A program made the translations under genes and the position numbers. Below are positions 10,091 to 25,220 of a stretch of DNA of 64,000 bases, piece by piece (within the stretch, counting starts at the first letter, position 1; each line of letters starts with the position of its first letter). The notes under the pieces were generated by a model, which saw only the letters and a program-made list of their open reading frames with translations, searched no databases and was not told where the DNA came from. The DNA is from Camelus dromedarius (lineage: Eukaryota). Location of the stretch: assembly GCF_036321535.1 (NCBI RefSeq), contig NC_087437.1, positions 1,612,001 through 1,676,000 on the forward strand, read 5' to 3'.

Positions 10091-13000
10091 AAAGTTTCAA
10101 AAAGCAACACTTGAATTTGCCACACACACGCAACTGCTTGCATAGCATTGATGTTGCCTTACATACCACGCGTCACCTAGAGATGATTTAAAGTGCACAG
10201 GAGGACACAGCGAAAGAGAATGTGAAAATGAATGTATGCGTATGTTCGTGTATTACTGAAAAATTGTGCTCTACACTGGAATCTGACACAACATTGTCAA
10301 ATGACAATAACTCGGGGGAAAAAAATGTTTGTATGTAAAAAGTAAAGTACACGGGATGGTGTGTGTAATTGTCTGTAAGCCCTATGTCATTTTATGCAAG
10401 AGGCATCAGCATCCATGAATGTTGGCATGTGTGGGGAGTCCTGGGACCAGTGCCCCATGGTTACCAAGGGATGACTGGAAGCCCAGGCTCCTCGTCCCAG
10501 CCTGTCATGTCCCCACGTGGTCTGAACCCTGCCTGTGCCACACTCCCCTGGTCACCCTCCTCCAACCCTGCCAGACTGCCCTCTTCTTCTGGAACAGTCC
10601 AAGCTCACTGCACTTCATGCCTGACCTCTAGTAATACCCGTTACTTTCTGAGCATGGCTCTGCTTCAGAAAGGCGGCCTGCATTGCCACTAGAGAAGACA
10701 GGATGGGAGTTCCTTAAAAAACTAACATTGGACTTACCGTATGATCCAGCCTTCCCACGCCTGGGGATATGTGAAGAGAAATCTCTAATTCAAAAAGTCA
10801 CATGCACCTCAATGCTCACAGCAGCCCTATTTATAACAGCCGGGACGTGGAAAGAAGCCAAACAAACGTCCATCGGCTGGCGAGTGGACAAAGGTGCAGT
10901 GTCCTATATATGCCATGGAATACTACTCAGCCATGAAAAAGGATAAACCAGTGACATTTGCGGCCACATGTACGGACACAGAGATAGTCATTCTGTGTGA
11001 AGGAAGCCAGAAGAGAGAAAAATGCCGTATGATGCCACTTCCATGCGGAATCTAAACAAAAGTCAGAGATGAAGTTAACGACAAAAGAGGAACAGACCCA
11101 CAGACATAGAGAAACAAACTTACGGTTACCAGGGAGGGAAGGGGGTGGAAAGGGGAAAATATGGGCATTGGAGAATTGCCCCTCTTGGGGAGTGATGGAA
11201 ATGGTAGCTATCTTGATGGTGGTGATGGTTTTCTGGGTGCAGACGTCTATGAAAATTCATCAAATACTACATGTGAGATATGTCTAATACACGGAACAGA
11301 AATCGTACCACAATAAAGGTGTTTTAAACAAAGAGAGATGGGCTGCATTGTGTCCTATGTTTCTATGTGTCTTCAGGGAGGCCTCAACAGGGCGGTGCTG
11401 GCCTTCCTGCCAACACGATGGCAAGAAGCCCGAACGATCCATCGATGGGAAGAAGATAAGAGCTGTGGTCACATCTGGACCCCAAGCTTAGACATGGTGC
11501 GTGGGTGACATTTATCGACAATCCGGCGAGGTTCCGGCCAGAGCTATAGGCCGGGGCAGCAAAGCAGGAGCGGCAATAAGGAGCATGGTGGCGCAGAGGC
11601 TGGACTGGGGGCCCGCAGGCTCCTCCCGGGAGGAGCCTCAGAGTTTGGGAGGTGGCTAACGTGCCTGCTTCGTGTCACCAGCGAGTGATGCCACCTGTGG
11701 GCAATCAGCTGGAATCCTGAGCCGGGTCAGCCCTGGGTGATGCGCTAAGGGCTCCTAGCATAGGGGGCGACAGACGGACAGTGAACCAAGCAACAGGCTG
11801 CTGAGTTTGGGGCCTGTGTTTCTCGTGCTTTCCGTGTCTCACTGCACCTCAGTGTCGCCCGGAGGAATTGCGGCGGTGTTTCGAGGCTGATGGCCTCTCG
11901 GTTCCTCATCAGCCTGGCAAGCCCCCAGCTTTCTCCGGCCAGACCTTGGCAAGCGCCTTCCCTTGTTCTAACAAAAGCCTTCCCACCCTCGCCTGCGGGG
12001 AGCTTTTGTTTTCTTAATTGATGGGAATGACGATACCTTCCAGCCTCCTCAGGCCTTTCCTTAGTGTTTCTGTCCTTAGACCCAGGCAAGGGGGCCCTCC
12101 CCAACCCCGCTGCCCTGGGTCCTGAACTACAGAGGGTCCCTCTGGCCCTGACACGCCCTCTGGCCACGCCCTCCACGGGATGGATTCAGCAGGGCCAAGG
12201 GGACACGCCAAATGGCTCCACCCCGTGCTCTGGAAACCCAGGATCACGAATGCCCTGCCCCAGCAGCCCCTGACCCACTTCTAGTGTCTGCACCGGCTCT
12301 CGCCAGAGCTCAGCTTCCCAGGACTCACACAGAGGCCAACGGTCAGCTGTTGGCATGGAGGGTATGGACAGAGCCCGGATGTGAGGACTGAGTGTCCCCC
12401 TGTGCACCTAAGAGGCCACTTGGGGCATGGGATGGACCCAGCATTGGGAAGAAAACGGTCAGGCTATTGGTCAGACACTGGGAATCGGCTCTCCCTACAC
12501 TGTCACTTTCTGTGCGGGACTCCCTTGAGTCTGGGAATTCTAAAGTTGAGCCTGGCCTTCCCTCTTAGAATGAATGTGTCATTGTAAAGTCAGGAGTTTA
12601 GAACCTACCGCGCTTAAAATGTTGACAAATATACGATGGGAACTACCAGATAAGCTCTGGCCCTGCACTTGCAAAGGACCAGAGCAGTTCTTTTGGCTCT
12701 GCTGAGACTGCAAGGGGCAAGACCTTCTCCAGAGTGGAGGGGCTCCTGCTTCATGCTCCGAATTCAGGAGCTTCTGAGCGGATGAAACAATGGACACTGA
12801 GACCCTCGATTGGAAGTTGCTTTAGAATGACGCCAAAGTTGTGTGTGACGTGTGTGTGCGTACGCGCTCGCGTACACCTGGGGACGTGTGAGGTACGTGA
12901 CAGTGACTTTGCGTGTGTGTGCGCGCCTGAGGACGTGGGTGGTTGTGTGTTATGTTATGGGTGTGTGTGTGGCACATGACTCCGAGTGTGTGCGTGGGGA

Positions 13001-15134
13001 TGTATGTGGAGCAGAGCCAGTGTGTCTGCACGTGTGTTTGGGTGTAGGTGCATGCAGTAGTTTTAAGAAAAGCAGAAGCTGTCCCTTAGGAGTCTGAAGT
13101 AGTAAAACTTGTATGGTGTCCCTCACTGTATAATTCAAAATGAGAATAATCTTCAATCACCAGAAATGTACTCCCCCCCAACCCGATTCTCATTTTTTCC
13201 CCGATATGGATTCTGTCTTCATTTTACTGATGGGGAAACTAGCTTAGAGTTGTTAAGTGACTCAGTCAAGGGCATGGAGCTCGCGAGCCCAGGGCCAGGA
13301 TGCAGTCCAAGCGGCCCGGCTCCAGAGGCCTGGAAACCTGCTCACGACCGTGCGTGGCCTCTTGGCCGGGGGAACAGATTCTGATGGGCAAGGGCCAGCG
13401 TGCCGGCTGCCCAAGCCACGGACTCTGCAAGTCGGGTGGAGAGTACCAGACAGCAGACGAGGGTAAAGGGCTGCTCAGAAATCAGTTAGCTTCCTAGATC
13501 TTCGATGAGTAAGGAGGCTCACTGCTCACCCTCGATCCCTTTGCTGGTGGCTAAAAGGGACCAAGGCCCACGAGAGCGCTTCTGGGAGCTGCTGCCTGCC
13601 GAAACCTGGAACAGGACTGCTCAGGACTGGCTCTGCAGCAGGAGCGAAGGGAGGCAATGTCGCCACCTGGTGGACATCCTGGGTAGTGGCGGTAGGAGGC
13701 CTAGCACCCTTGGTATGGAGGTGGCAAGACGAGGTCCTACGAGATGATCTTTTCCACGGGTCTTAAAAATTATTGCTTGATATATTTTATCCTCTTTGGG
13801 GTTTACTGTAGGATGGTAAATATGGTCTCCGTTACTCCTTCTTAGCTGGATTGATGAATTGTATTTGAGGTTAATTTTCTCTTCAGTGATTTGGAAGCTA
13901 TATTGCCTTTTAAGGAAAATTCTCTCTAAATGTTTATAAATCATCTCGAAGTTCATAACTCTATATTTAATTCGACCAGTATTGCTACAAGAGCCTCAAA
14001 AACGAAATCATCTATTAGATCTTGTTTCTCAATCATGATACATTTAGCATATTTTACCTCTCTGCTCTTCCCAATGGTGCATGTGTGTGAGCGCGTGATC
14101 TACACTTACTGCTTTTTAGACAGTTGCTTTAAGTTTGCTACATTCAAAATGAAAATATAGGGATAAATAACTTGGATTTCATTACTCACTACCACTAATT
14201 AATCCCATGTCTTTCCCATTTTTGAGTTATTTACTTCTTTCCCAATCAAATGGAGACATGATTGGCTAATTTTTTTTGAGCGGTGGACTTGGAACCCTTC
14301 CCTGTCTATAAGCAGCTTTAGGTTCTTGCCATAACTCGGCTTCATTGAGAAGCATGTTTTTACCGTTTCTCAGACGGGCTTCCGCTTTGAAGCACTAAAC
14401 CGTCTCTGTACTCTTTCTCTCCATGCTTATTCCTGAAAACGTGAGCTCTCTACCGGAATAAAGATTCTTCCCGTCAGAGATGTTTGGCTCCCTGTCCCAA
14501 GGTCCAGAAGAAGAGAAAAGGAAAGATTCCTGGCTGCGATACTTCTGTTCTGTCAGCTGACAGATCTAGTTATCCGTGTGGCTGCGGTGGAACCTGCAAC
14601 AATTTGCCTCATAGTTTCCTTTTTCTGGCTTACTAGGGGAGCCGCAGTAACAGAGGTCACGGCGCTCTGGCCCTTTTCGGGATCCCGGTGCTGAGGCAGC
14701 CCCTTCCCCCCACCCCCACTCCTTGTCATTTGGATCGTGCAAACTGGGTGCCAGCCGTGCGAACCCTGCACCTGGCGGCCAGGATTGGCCCCCCAAGCGA
14801 CGTGTCCCCAGTTCCTCGGCATCCCTCACTGCTACCAGCTATCTCCAGGAAGGGTGCGAGCTGGCTTCCACTGCCGTCCTTCCTCCTTCCTGTCCAGGCG
14901 GGCCCTCCTTTTGCGCTAGTCGGCCCGAAAACTTCTCTCCTGCGCTGCATACGCTGAAGAACTGCCTCAACGTTTCCAGCCGCTAGAGGGCGCTCTTCTC
15001 CTCTTTTTGGTCCCCTTCAGCGCTGACAGTGGAAATTGAGCAGGTGGGAAGAGCTTGGGGGTTCTCCGTATCTAGGGGCTCCCGATCCATCAGATTCAAC
15101 TAAATGCGGGTTGAAAATATTCGGGAAAAAACAG
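10091..15134 (+). repeat. Macrosatellite unit 3
   Basis: Anchor recurrence, 5044 bp. Confidence 0.97.
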
Positions 15135-18100
15135 AAAGTTTCAAAAAGCAACACTTGAATTTGCCACACACACGCAACTGCTTGCATAGCATTGATGTTG
15201 CCTTACATACCACGCGTCACCTAGAGATGATTTAAAGTGCACAGGAGGACACAGCGAAAGAGAATGTGAAAATGAATGTATGCGTATGTTCGTGTATTAC
15301 TGAAAAATTGTGCTCTACACTGGAATCTGACACAACATTGTCAAATGACAATAACTCGGGGGAAAAAAATGTTTGTATGTAAAAAGTAAAGTACACGGGA
15401 TGGTGTGTGTAATTGTCTGTAAGCCCTATGTCATTTTATGCAAGAGGCATCAGCATCCATGAATGTTGGCATGTGTGGGGAGTCCTGGGACCAGTGCCCC
15501 ATGGTTACCAAGGGATGACTGGAAGCCCAGGCTCCTCGTCCCAGCCTGTCATGTCCCCACGTGGTCTGAACCCTGCCTGTGCCACACTCCCCTGGTCACC
15601 CTCCTCCAACCCTGCCAGACTGCCCTCTTCTTCTGGAACAGTCCAAGCTCACTGCACTTCATGCCTGACCTCTAGTAATACCCGTTACTTTCTGAGCATG
15701 GCTCTGCTTCAGAAAGGCGGCCTGCATTGCCACTAGAGAAGACAGGATGGGAGTTCCTTAAAAAACTAACATTGGACTTACCGTATGATCCAGCCTTCCC
15801 ACGCCTGGGGATATGTGAAGAGAAATCTCTAATTCAAAAAGTCACATGCACCTCAATGCTCACAGCAGCCCTATTTATAACAGCCGGGACGTGGAAAGAA
15901 GCCAAACAAACGTCCATCGGCTGGCGAGTGGACAAAGGTGCAGTGTCCTATATATGCCATGGAATACTACTCAGCCATGAAAAAGGATAAACCAGTGACA
16001 TTTGCGGCCACATGTACGGACACAGAGATAGTCATTCTGTGTGAAGGAAGCCAGAAGAGAGAAAAATGCCGTATGATGCCACTTCCATGCGGAATCTAAA
16101 CAAAAGTCAGAGATGAAGTTAACGACAAAAGAGGAACAGACCCACAGACATAGAGAAACAAACTTACGGTTACCAGGGAGGGAAGGGGGTGGAAAGGGGA
16201 AAATATGGGCATTGGAGAATTGCCCCTCTTGGGGAGTGATGGAAATGGTAGCTATCTTGATGGTGGTGATGGTTTTCTGGGTGCAGACGTCTATGAAAAT
16301 TCATCAAATACTACATGTGAGATATGTCTAATACACGGAACAGAAATCGTACCACAATAAAGGTGTTTTAAACAAAGAGAGATGGGCTGCATTGTGTCCT
16401 ATGTTTCTATGTGTCTTCAGGGAGGCCTCAACAGGGCGGTGCTGGCCTTCCTGCCAACACGATGGCAAGAAGCCCGAACGATCCATCGATGGGAAGAAGA
16501 TAAGAGCTGTGGTCACATCTGGACCCCAAGCTTAGACATGGTGCGTGGGTGACATTTATCGACAATCCGGCGAGGTTCCGGCCAGAGCTATAGGCCGGGG
16601 CAGCAAAGCAGGAGCGGCAATAAGGAGCATGGTGGCGCAGAGGCTGGACTGGGGGCCCGCAGGCTCCTCCCGGGAGGAGCCTCAGAGTTTGGGAGGTGGC
16701 TAACGTGCCTGCTTCGTGTCACCAGCGAGTGATGCCACCTGTGGGCAATCAGCTGGAATCCTGAGCCAGGTCAGCCCTGGGTAATGCGCTAAGGGCTCCT
16801 AGCATAGGGGGCGACAGACGGACAGTGAACCAAGCAACAGGCTGCTGAGTTTGGGGCCTGTGTTTCTCGTGCTTTCCGTGTCTCACTGCACCTCAGTGTC
16901 GCCCGGAGGAATTGCGGCGGTGTTTCGAGGCTGATGGCCTCTCGGTTCCTCATCAGCCTGGCAAGCCCCCAGCTTTCTCCGGCCAGACCTTGGCAAGCGC
17001 CTTCCCTTGTTCTAACAAAAGCCTTCCCACCCTCGCCTGCGGGGAGCTTTTGTTTTCTTAATTGATGGGAATGACGATACCTTCCAGCCTCCTCAGGCCT
17101 TTCCTTAGTGTTTCTGCCCTTAGACCATGGCAAGGGGGCCCTCCCCAACCCCGCTGCCCTGGGTCCTGAACTACAGAGGGTCCCTCTGGCCCTGACACGC
17201 CCTCTGGCCACGCCCTCCACGGGATGGATTCAGCAGGGCCAAGGGGACACGCCAAATGGCTCCACCCCGTGCTCTGGAAACCCAGGATCACGAATGCCCT
17301 GCCCCAGCAGCCCCTGACCCACTTCTAGTGTCTGCACCGGCTCTCGCCAGAGCTCAGCTTCCCAGGACTCACACAGAGGCCAACGGTCAGCTGTTGGCAT
17401 GGAGGGTATGGACAGAGCCCGGATGTGAGGACTGAGTGTCCCCCTGTGCACCTAAGAGGCCACTTGGGGCATGGGATGGACCCAGCATTGGGAAGAAAAC
17501 GGTCAGGCTATTGGTCAGACACTGGGAATCGGCTCTCCCTACACTGTCACTTTCTGTGCGGGACTCCCTTGAGTCTGGGAATTCTAAAGTTGAGCCTGGC
17601 CTTCCCTCTTAGAATGAATGTGTCATTGTAAAGTCAGGAGTTTAGAACCTACCGCGCTTAAAATGTTGACAAATATACGATGGGAACTACCAGATAAGCT
17701 CTGGCCCTGCACTTGCAAAGGACCAGAGCAGTTCTTTTGGCTCTGCTGAGACTGCAAGGGGCAAGACCTTCTCCAGAGTGGAGGGGCTCCTGCTTCATGC
17801 TCCGAATTCAGGAGCTTCTGAGCGGATGAAACAATGGACACTGAGACCCTCGATTGGAAGTTGCTTTAGAATGACGCCAAAGTTGTGTGTGACGTGTGTG
17901 TGCGTACGCGCTCGCGTACACCTGGGGACGTGTGAGGTACGTGACAGTGACTTTGCGTGTGTGTGCGCGCCTGAGGACGTGGGTGGTTGTGTGTTATGTT
18001 ATGGGTGTGTGTGTGGCACATGACTCCGAGTGTGTGCGTGGGGATGTATGTGGAGCAGAGCCAGTGTGTCTGCACGTGTGTTTGGGTCTAGGTGCATGCA

Positions 18101-20178
18101 GTAGTTTTAAGAAAAGCAGAAGCTGTCCCTTAGGAGTCTGAAGTAGTAAAACTTGTATGGTGTCCCTCACTGTATAATTCAAAATGAAAATAATCTTCAA
18201 TCACCAGAAATGTACTCCCCCCCACCCCGATTCTCATTTTTTCCCCGATATGGATTCTGTCTTCATTTTACTGATGGGGAAACTAGCTTAGAGTTGTTAA
18301 GTGACTCAGTCAAGGGCATGGAGCTCGCGAGCCCAGGGCCAGGATGCAGTCCAAGCGGCCCGGCTCCAGAGGCCTGGAAACCTGCTCACGACCGCGCGTG
18401 GCCTCTTGGCCGGGGGAACAGATTCTGATGGGCAAGGGCCAGCGTGCCGGCTGCCCAAGCCACGGACTCTGCAAGTCGGGTGGAGAGTACCAGACAGCAG
18501 ACGAGGGTAAAGGGCTGCTCAGAAATCAGTTAGCTTCCTAGATCTTCGATGAGTAAGGAGGCTCACTGCTCACCCTCGATCCCTTTGCTGGTGGCTAAAA
18601 GGGACCAAGGCCCACGAGAGCGCTTCTGGGAGCTGCTGCCTGCCGAAACCTGGAACAGGACTGCTCAGGACTGGCTCTGCAGCAGGAGCGAAGGGAGGCA
18701 ATGTCGCCACCTGGTGGACATCCTGGGTAGTGGCGGTAGGAGGCCTAGCACCCTTGGTATGGAGGTGGCAAGACGAGGTCCTACGAGATGATCTTTTCCA
18801 CGGGTCTTAAAAATCATTGCTTGATATATTTTATCCGCTTTGGGGTTTACTGTAGGATGGTAAATATGGTCTCCGTTACTCCTTCTTAGCTGGATTGATG
18901 AATTGTTTTTGAGGTTAATTTTCTCTTCAGTGATTTGGAAGCTATATTGCCTTTTAAGGAAAATTCTCTCTAAATGTTTACAAATCATCTCGAAGTTCAT
19001 AACTCTATATTTAATTTGACCAGTATTGCTACAAGAGCCTCAAAAACGAAATCATCTATTAGATCTTGTTTCTCAATCATGATACATTTAGCATATTTTA
19101 CCTCTCTGCTCTTCCCAATGGTGCATGTGTGTGAGCGCGTGATCTACACTTACTGCTTTTTAGACAGTTGCTTTAAGTTTGTTACATTCACAATGAAAAT
19201 ATAGGGATAAATAACTTGGATTTCATTACTCACTACCACTACTTATTCCCATGTCTTTCCCATTTTTGAGTTATTTACTTCTTTCCCAATCAAATGGAGA
19301 CATGATTGGCTAATTTTTTTTGAGCGGTGGACTTGGAACCCTTCCCTGTCTATAAGCAGCTTTAGGTTCTTGCCATAACTCGGCTTCATTGAGAAGCATG
19401 TTTTTACCGTTTCTCAGACGGGCTTCCGCTTTGAAGCACTAAACCGTCTCTGTACTCTTTCTCTCCATGCTTATTCCTGAAATAGTGAGCTCTCTACCGG
19501 AATAAAGATGCTTCCCGTCAGAGATGTTTGGCTCCCTGTCCCAAGGTCCAGAAGAAGAGAAAAGGAAAGATTCCTGGCTCCGATGCTTCTGTTCTGTCAG
19601 CTGAGAGATCTAGTTATCCGTGTGGCTGCGGTGGAACCTGCAACAACTTGCCTCATAGTTTCCTTTTTCTGGCTTACTAGGGGAGCCGCATTAACTGAGG
19701 TCACGGCGCTCTGGCCCTTTTCGGGATCCCGGTGCTGAGGCAGCCCCTTCCCCCCACCCCCACTCCTTGTCATTTGGATCGTGCAAACTGGGTGCCAGCC
19801 GTGCGAACCCTGCACCTGGCGGCCAGGATTGCCCCCCCACGCGACGTGTCCCCAGTTCCTCGGCATCCCTCACTGCTACCAGCTAGCTCCAGGAAGGGTG
19901 CGAGCTGGCTTCCACTGCCGTCCTTCCTCCTTCCTGTCCAGGCGGGCCCTCCTTTTGCGCTAGTCGGCCCGAAACCTTCTCTCCTGCGCTGCATACGCTG
20001 AAGAACTGCCTCAACGTTTCCAGCCGCTAGAGGGCCCTCTTCTCCTCTTTTTGGTCCCCTTCAGCGCTGACAGTGGAAATTGAGCAGGTGGGAAGGGCTT
20101 GGGGGTTCTCCGTATCTAGGGGCTCCCGATCCATCAGATTCAACTAAATGCGGGTTGAAAATATTCGGGAAAAAACAG
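15135..20178 (+). repeat. Macrosatellite unit 4
   Basis: Anchor recurrence, 5044 bp. Confidence 0.97.
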
Positions 20179-23100
20179 AAAGTTTCAAAAAGCAACACTT
20201 GAATTTGCCACACACACGCAACTGCTTGCATAGCATTGATGTTGCCTTACATACCACGCGTCAACTAGAGATGATTTAAAGTGCACAGGAGGACACAGCG
20301 AAAGAGAATGTGAAAATGAATGTATGCGTATGTTCGTGTATAACTGAAAAATTGTGCTCTACACTGGAATCTGACACAACATTGTCAAATGACAATAACT
20401 CGGGGGAAAAAAATGTTTGTATGTAAAAAGCAAAGTACACGGGAGGGTGCGTGTAATTGTCTGTAAGCCCTATGTCATTTTATGCAAGAGGCATCAGCAT
20501 CCATGAATGTTGGCATGTGTGGGGAGTCCTGGGACCAGTGCCCCATGGTTACCAAGGGATGACTGGAAGCCCAGGCTCCTCGTCCCAGCCTGTCATGTCC
20601 CCACGTGGTCTGAACCCTGCCTGTGCCACACTCCCCTGGTCACCCTCCTCCAGCCCTGCCAGACTGCCCTTTTCTTCTGGAACAGTCCAAGCTCACTGCA
20701 CTTCATGCCTGACCTCTAGTAATACCCGTTACTTTCTGAGCATGGCTCTGCTTCAGAAAGGCGGCCTGCATTGCCACTAGAGAAGACAGGATGGGAGTTC
20801 CTTAAAAAACTAACATTGGACTTACCGTATGATCCAGCCTTCCCACGCCTGGGGATATGTGAAGAGAAATCTCTAATTCAAAAAGTCACATGCACCTCAA
20901 TGTTCACATCAGCCCTATTTATAACAGCCGGGACGTGGAAAGAAGCCAAACAAACGTCCATCGGCTGGCGAGTGGACAAAGGTGCAGTGTCCTATTTATG
21001 CCATGGAATACTACTCAGCCATGAAAAAGGATAAACCAGTGACATTTGCGGCCACATGTACGGACACAGAGATAGTCATTCTGTGTGAAGGAAGCCAGAA
21101 GATGGAAAAATGCCATATGATGCCACTTCCATGCGGAATCTAAACAAAAGTCAGAGACGAAGTTAACGACAAAAGAGGAACAGACCCACAGACATAGAGA
21201 AACAAACTTACGGTTACCAGGGAGGGAAGGGGGTGGAAAGGGGAAAATATGGGCATTGGAGAATTGCCCCTCTTGGGGAGTGATGGAAATGGTAGCTATC
21301 TTGATGGTGGTGATGGTTTTCTGGGTGCAGACGTCTATGAAAATTCATCAAATACTACATGTGAGATGTGTCTAATTGACGGAACAGAAATCGTGCCACA
21401 ATAAAGGTGTTTTAAACAAAGAGAGATGGGCTGCATTGTGTCCTATGTTTCTATGTGTCTTCAGGGAGGCCTCAACAGGGCGGTGCTGGCCTTCCTGCCA
21501 ACACGATGGCAAGAAGCCCGAACGATCCATCGATGGGAAGAAGATAAGAGCTGTGGTCACATCTGGACCCCAAGCTTAGACATGGTGCGTGGGTGACATT
21601 TATCGACAATCCGGCGAGTTTCCAGCCAGAGCTATAGGCCGGGGCAGCAAAGCGGGAGCGGCACTAAGGAGCATGGTGGCGCAGAGGCTGGACTGGGGGC
21701 CCGCAGGCTCCTCCCGGGAGGAGCCTCAAAGTTTGGGAGGTGGCTAACGTGCCTGCTTCGTGTCACCAGCGAGTGATGCCACCTGTGGGCAATCAGCTGG
21801 AATCCTGAGCCGGGTCAGCCCTGGGTAATGCGCTAAGGGCTCCTAGATTAGGGGGCGACAGACGGACAGTGAACCAAGCAACAGGCTGCTGAGTTTGGGG
21901 CCTGTGTTTCTCGTGCTTTCCGTGTCTCACTGCACCTCAGTGTCGCCCGGAGGAATTGCGGCGGTGTTTCGAGGCTGATGGCCTCTCGGTTCCTCATCAG
22001 CCTGGCAAGCCCCCAGCTTTCTCCGGCCAGACCTTGGCAAGCGCCTTCCCTTGTTCTAACAAAAGCCTTCCCACCCTCGCCTGCGGGGAGCTTTTGTTTT
22101 CTTAATTGATGGGAATGACGATACCTTCCAGCCTCCTCAGGCCTTTCCTTGGTGCTTCTGCCCTTAGACCCCGGCAAGGGGGCCCTCCCCAACCCCGCTG
22201 CCCTGGGTCCTGAACTACAGAGGGACCCTCTGGCCCTGACACTCCCTCTGGCCACGCCCTCCACGGGATGGATTCAGCAGGGCCAAGGGGACACGCCAAA
22301 TGACTCCACCCCGTGCTCTGGAAACCCAGGATCACGAATGCCCTGCCCCAGCAGCCCCTGACCCACTTCTAGTGTCTGCACCGGCTCTCGCCAGAGCTCA
22401 GCTTCCCAGGACTCACACAGAGGCCAACGGTCAGCTGTTGGCATGGAGGGTATGGACAGAGCCCGGATGTGAGGACTGAGTGTCCCCCTGTGCACCTAAG
22501 AGGCCACTTGGGGCATGGGATGGACCCAGCATTGGGAAGAAAACGGTCAGGCTATTGGTCAGACACTGGGAATCGGCTCTCCCCACACTGTCACTTTCTG
22601 TGCGGGACTCCCTTGAGTCTGGGAATTCTAAAGTTGAGCCTGGCCTTCCCTCTTAGAATGAATGTGTCATTGTAAAGTCAGGAGTTTAGAACCTACCGCG
22701 CTTAAAATGTTGACAAATATACGATGGGAACTACCAGATAAGCTCTGGCCCTGCACTTGCAAAGGACCAGAGCAGTTCTTTTGGCTCTGCTGAGACTGCA
22801 AGGGGCAAGACCTTCTCCAGAGTGGAGGGGCTCCTGCTTCATGCTCCGAATTCAGGAGCTTCTGAGCGGATGAAACAATGGACACTGAGACCCTCGATTG
22901 GAAGTTGCTTTAGAATGACGCCAAAGTTGTGTGTGACGTGTGTGTGCGTACGCGCTCGCGTACACCTGGGGACGTGTGAGGTACGTGACAGTGAATTTGT
23001 GTGTGTGTGCGCGCCTGAGGACTTGGGTGGTTGTGTGTTATGTTATGGGTGTGTGTGTGGCACATGACTCCAAGTGTGTGCGTGGGGATGTATGTGGAGC

Positions 23101-25220
23101 AGAGCCAGTGTGTCTGCACGTGTGTTTGGATGTAGGTGCATGCAGTAGTTTTAAGAAAAGCAGAAGCTGTCCCTTAGGAGTCTGAAGCAGTAAAACTTCT
23201 ATGGTGTCCCTCACTGTATAATTCAAAATGAAAATAATCTTCAATCACCAGAAATGTACTCCCCCCACCCCGATTCTCATTTTTTCCCCGATATGGATTC
23301 TGTCTACATTTTACTGATGGGGAAACTAGCTTAGAGTTGTTAAGTGACTCAGTCAAGGGCATGGAGCTCGCGAGCCCAGGGCCAGGATGCAGTCCAAGCG
23401 GCCCGGCTCCAGAGGCCTGGAAACCTGCTCACGACCGCGCGTGTCCTCTTGGCCGGGGGAACAGATTCTGATGGGCAGGGGCTAGCGTGCCGGCTGCCCA
23501 AGACACGGACTCTGCAAGTCGGGTGGAGAGTACCAGACAGCAGACGAGGGTAAAGGGCTGCTCAGAAATCAGTTAGTTTCCTAGATATTCGATAAGTAAG
23601 GAGGCTCACTGCTCACCCTCGATCCATTTGCTGGTGGCTAAAAGGGACCAAGGCCCACGAGAGCGCTTCTGGGAGCTGCTGCCTGCCGAAACCTGGAACA
23701 GGACTGCTCAGGACTGGCTCTGCAGCAGGAGCGAAGGGAGGCAATATCGCCACCTGGTGGACATCCTGGGTAGTGGCGGTAGGAGGCCTAGCACCCTTGG
23801 TATGGAGGTGGCAGGACGAGGTCCTACGGGATGATCGTTTCCACGGGTCTTAAAAATCATTGCTTGATATATTTTATCCGCTTTGGGGTTTACTGTAGGA
23901 TTGTAAATATGGTCTCCGTTACTCCTTCTTAGCTGGATTGATGAATTGTTTTTGAGGTTAATTTTCTCTTCAGTGATTTGGAAGCTATATTGCCTTTTAA
24001 GGAAAATTCTCTCTGAATGTTTATAAATCATCTCGAAGTTCATAACTCTATATTTAATTCGACCAGTATTGCTACAAGAGCCTCAAAAACGAAATCATCT
24101 ATTAGATCTTGTTTCTCAATCATGATACATTTAGCATATTTTACCTCTCTGCTCTTCCCAATGGTGCATGTGTGTGAGCGCGTGATCTACACTTACTGCT
24201 TTTTAGACAGTTGCTTTAAGTTTGTTACATTCACAATGAAAATATAGGGATAAATAACTTGGATTTCATTACTCACTACCACTACTTAATCCCATGTCTT
24301 TCCCATTTTTGAGTTATTTACTTCTTTCCCAATCAAATGGAGACATGATTGGCTAATTTTTTTTGAGCGGTGGACTTGGAACCCTTCCCTGTCTATAAGC
24401 AGCTTTAGGTTCTTGCCATAACTCGGCTTCATTGAGAAGCATGTTTTTACCGTTTCTCAGACGGGCTTCCGCTTTGAAGCACTAAACCGTCTCTGTACTC
24501 TTTCTCTCCATGCTTATTCCTGAAAAAGTGAGCTCTCTACCGGAATAAAGATGCTTCCCGTCAGAGATGTTTGGCTCCCTGTCCCAAGGTCCAGAAGAAG
24601 AGAAAAGGAAAGATTCCTGGCTCCGATGCTTCTGTTCTGTCAGCTGAGAGATCTAGTTATCCGTGTGGCTGCGGTGGAACCTGCAACAACTTGCCTCATA
24701 GTTTCCTTTTTCTGGCTTACTAGGGGAGCCGCATTAACTGAGGTCACGGCGCTCTGGCCCTTTTCGGGATCCCGGTGCTGAGGCAGCCCCTTCCCCCCAC
24801 CCCCACTCCTTGTCATTTGGATCGTGCAAACTGGGTGCCAGCCGTGCGAACCCTGCACCTGGCGGCCAGGATTGCCCCCCCACGTGACGTGTCCCCAGTT
24901 CCTCGGCATCCCTCACTGCTACCAGCTAGCTCCAGGAAGGGTGCGAGCTGGCTTCCACTGCCATCCTTCCTCCTTCCTGTCCAGGCGGGCCCTCCTTTTG
25001 CGCTAGTCGGCCCGAAACCTTCTCTCCTGCGCTGCATACGCTGAAGAACTGCCTCAACGTTTCCGCCGCTAGAGGGCGCTCTTCTCCTCTTTTTGGTCCC
25101 CTTCAGCGCTGACAGTGGAAATTGAGCAGGTGGGAAGGGCTTGGGGGTTCTCCGTATCTAGGAGCTCCCGATCCATCAGATTCAACTAAATGCGGGTTGA
25201 AAATATTCGGGAAAAAACAG
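20179..25220 (+). repeat. Macrosatellite unit 5
   Basis: Anchor recurrence, 5042 bp. Confidence 0.97.
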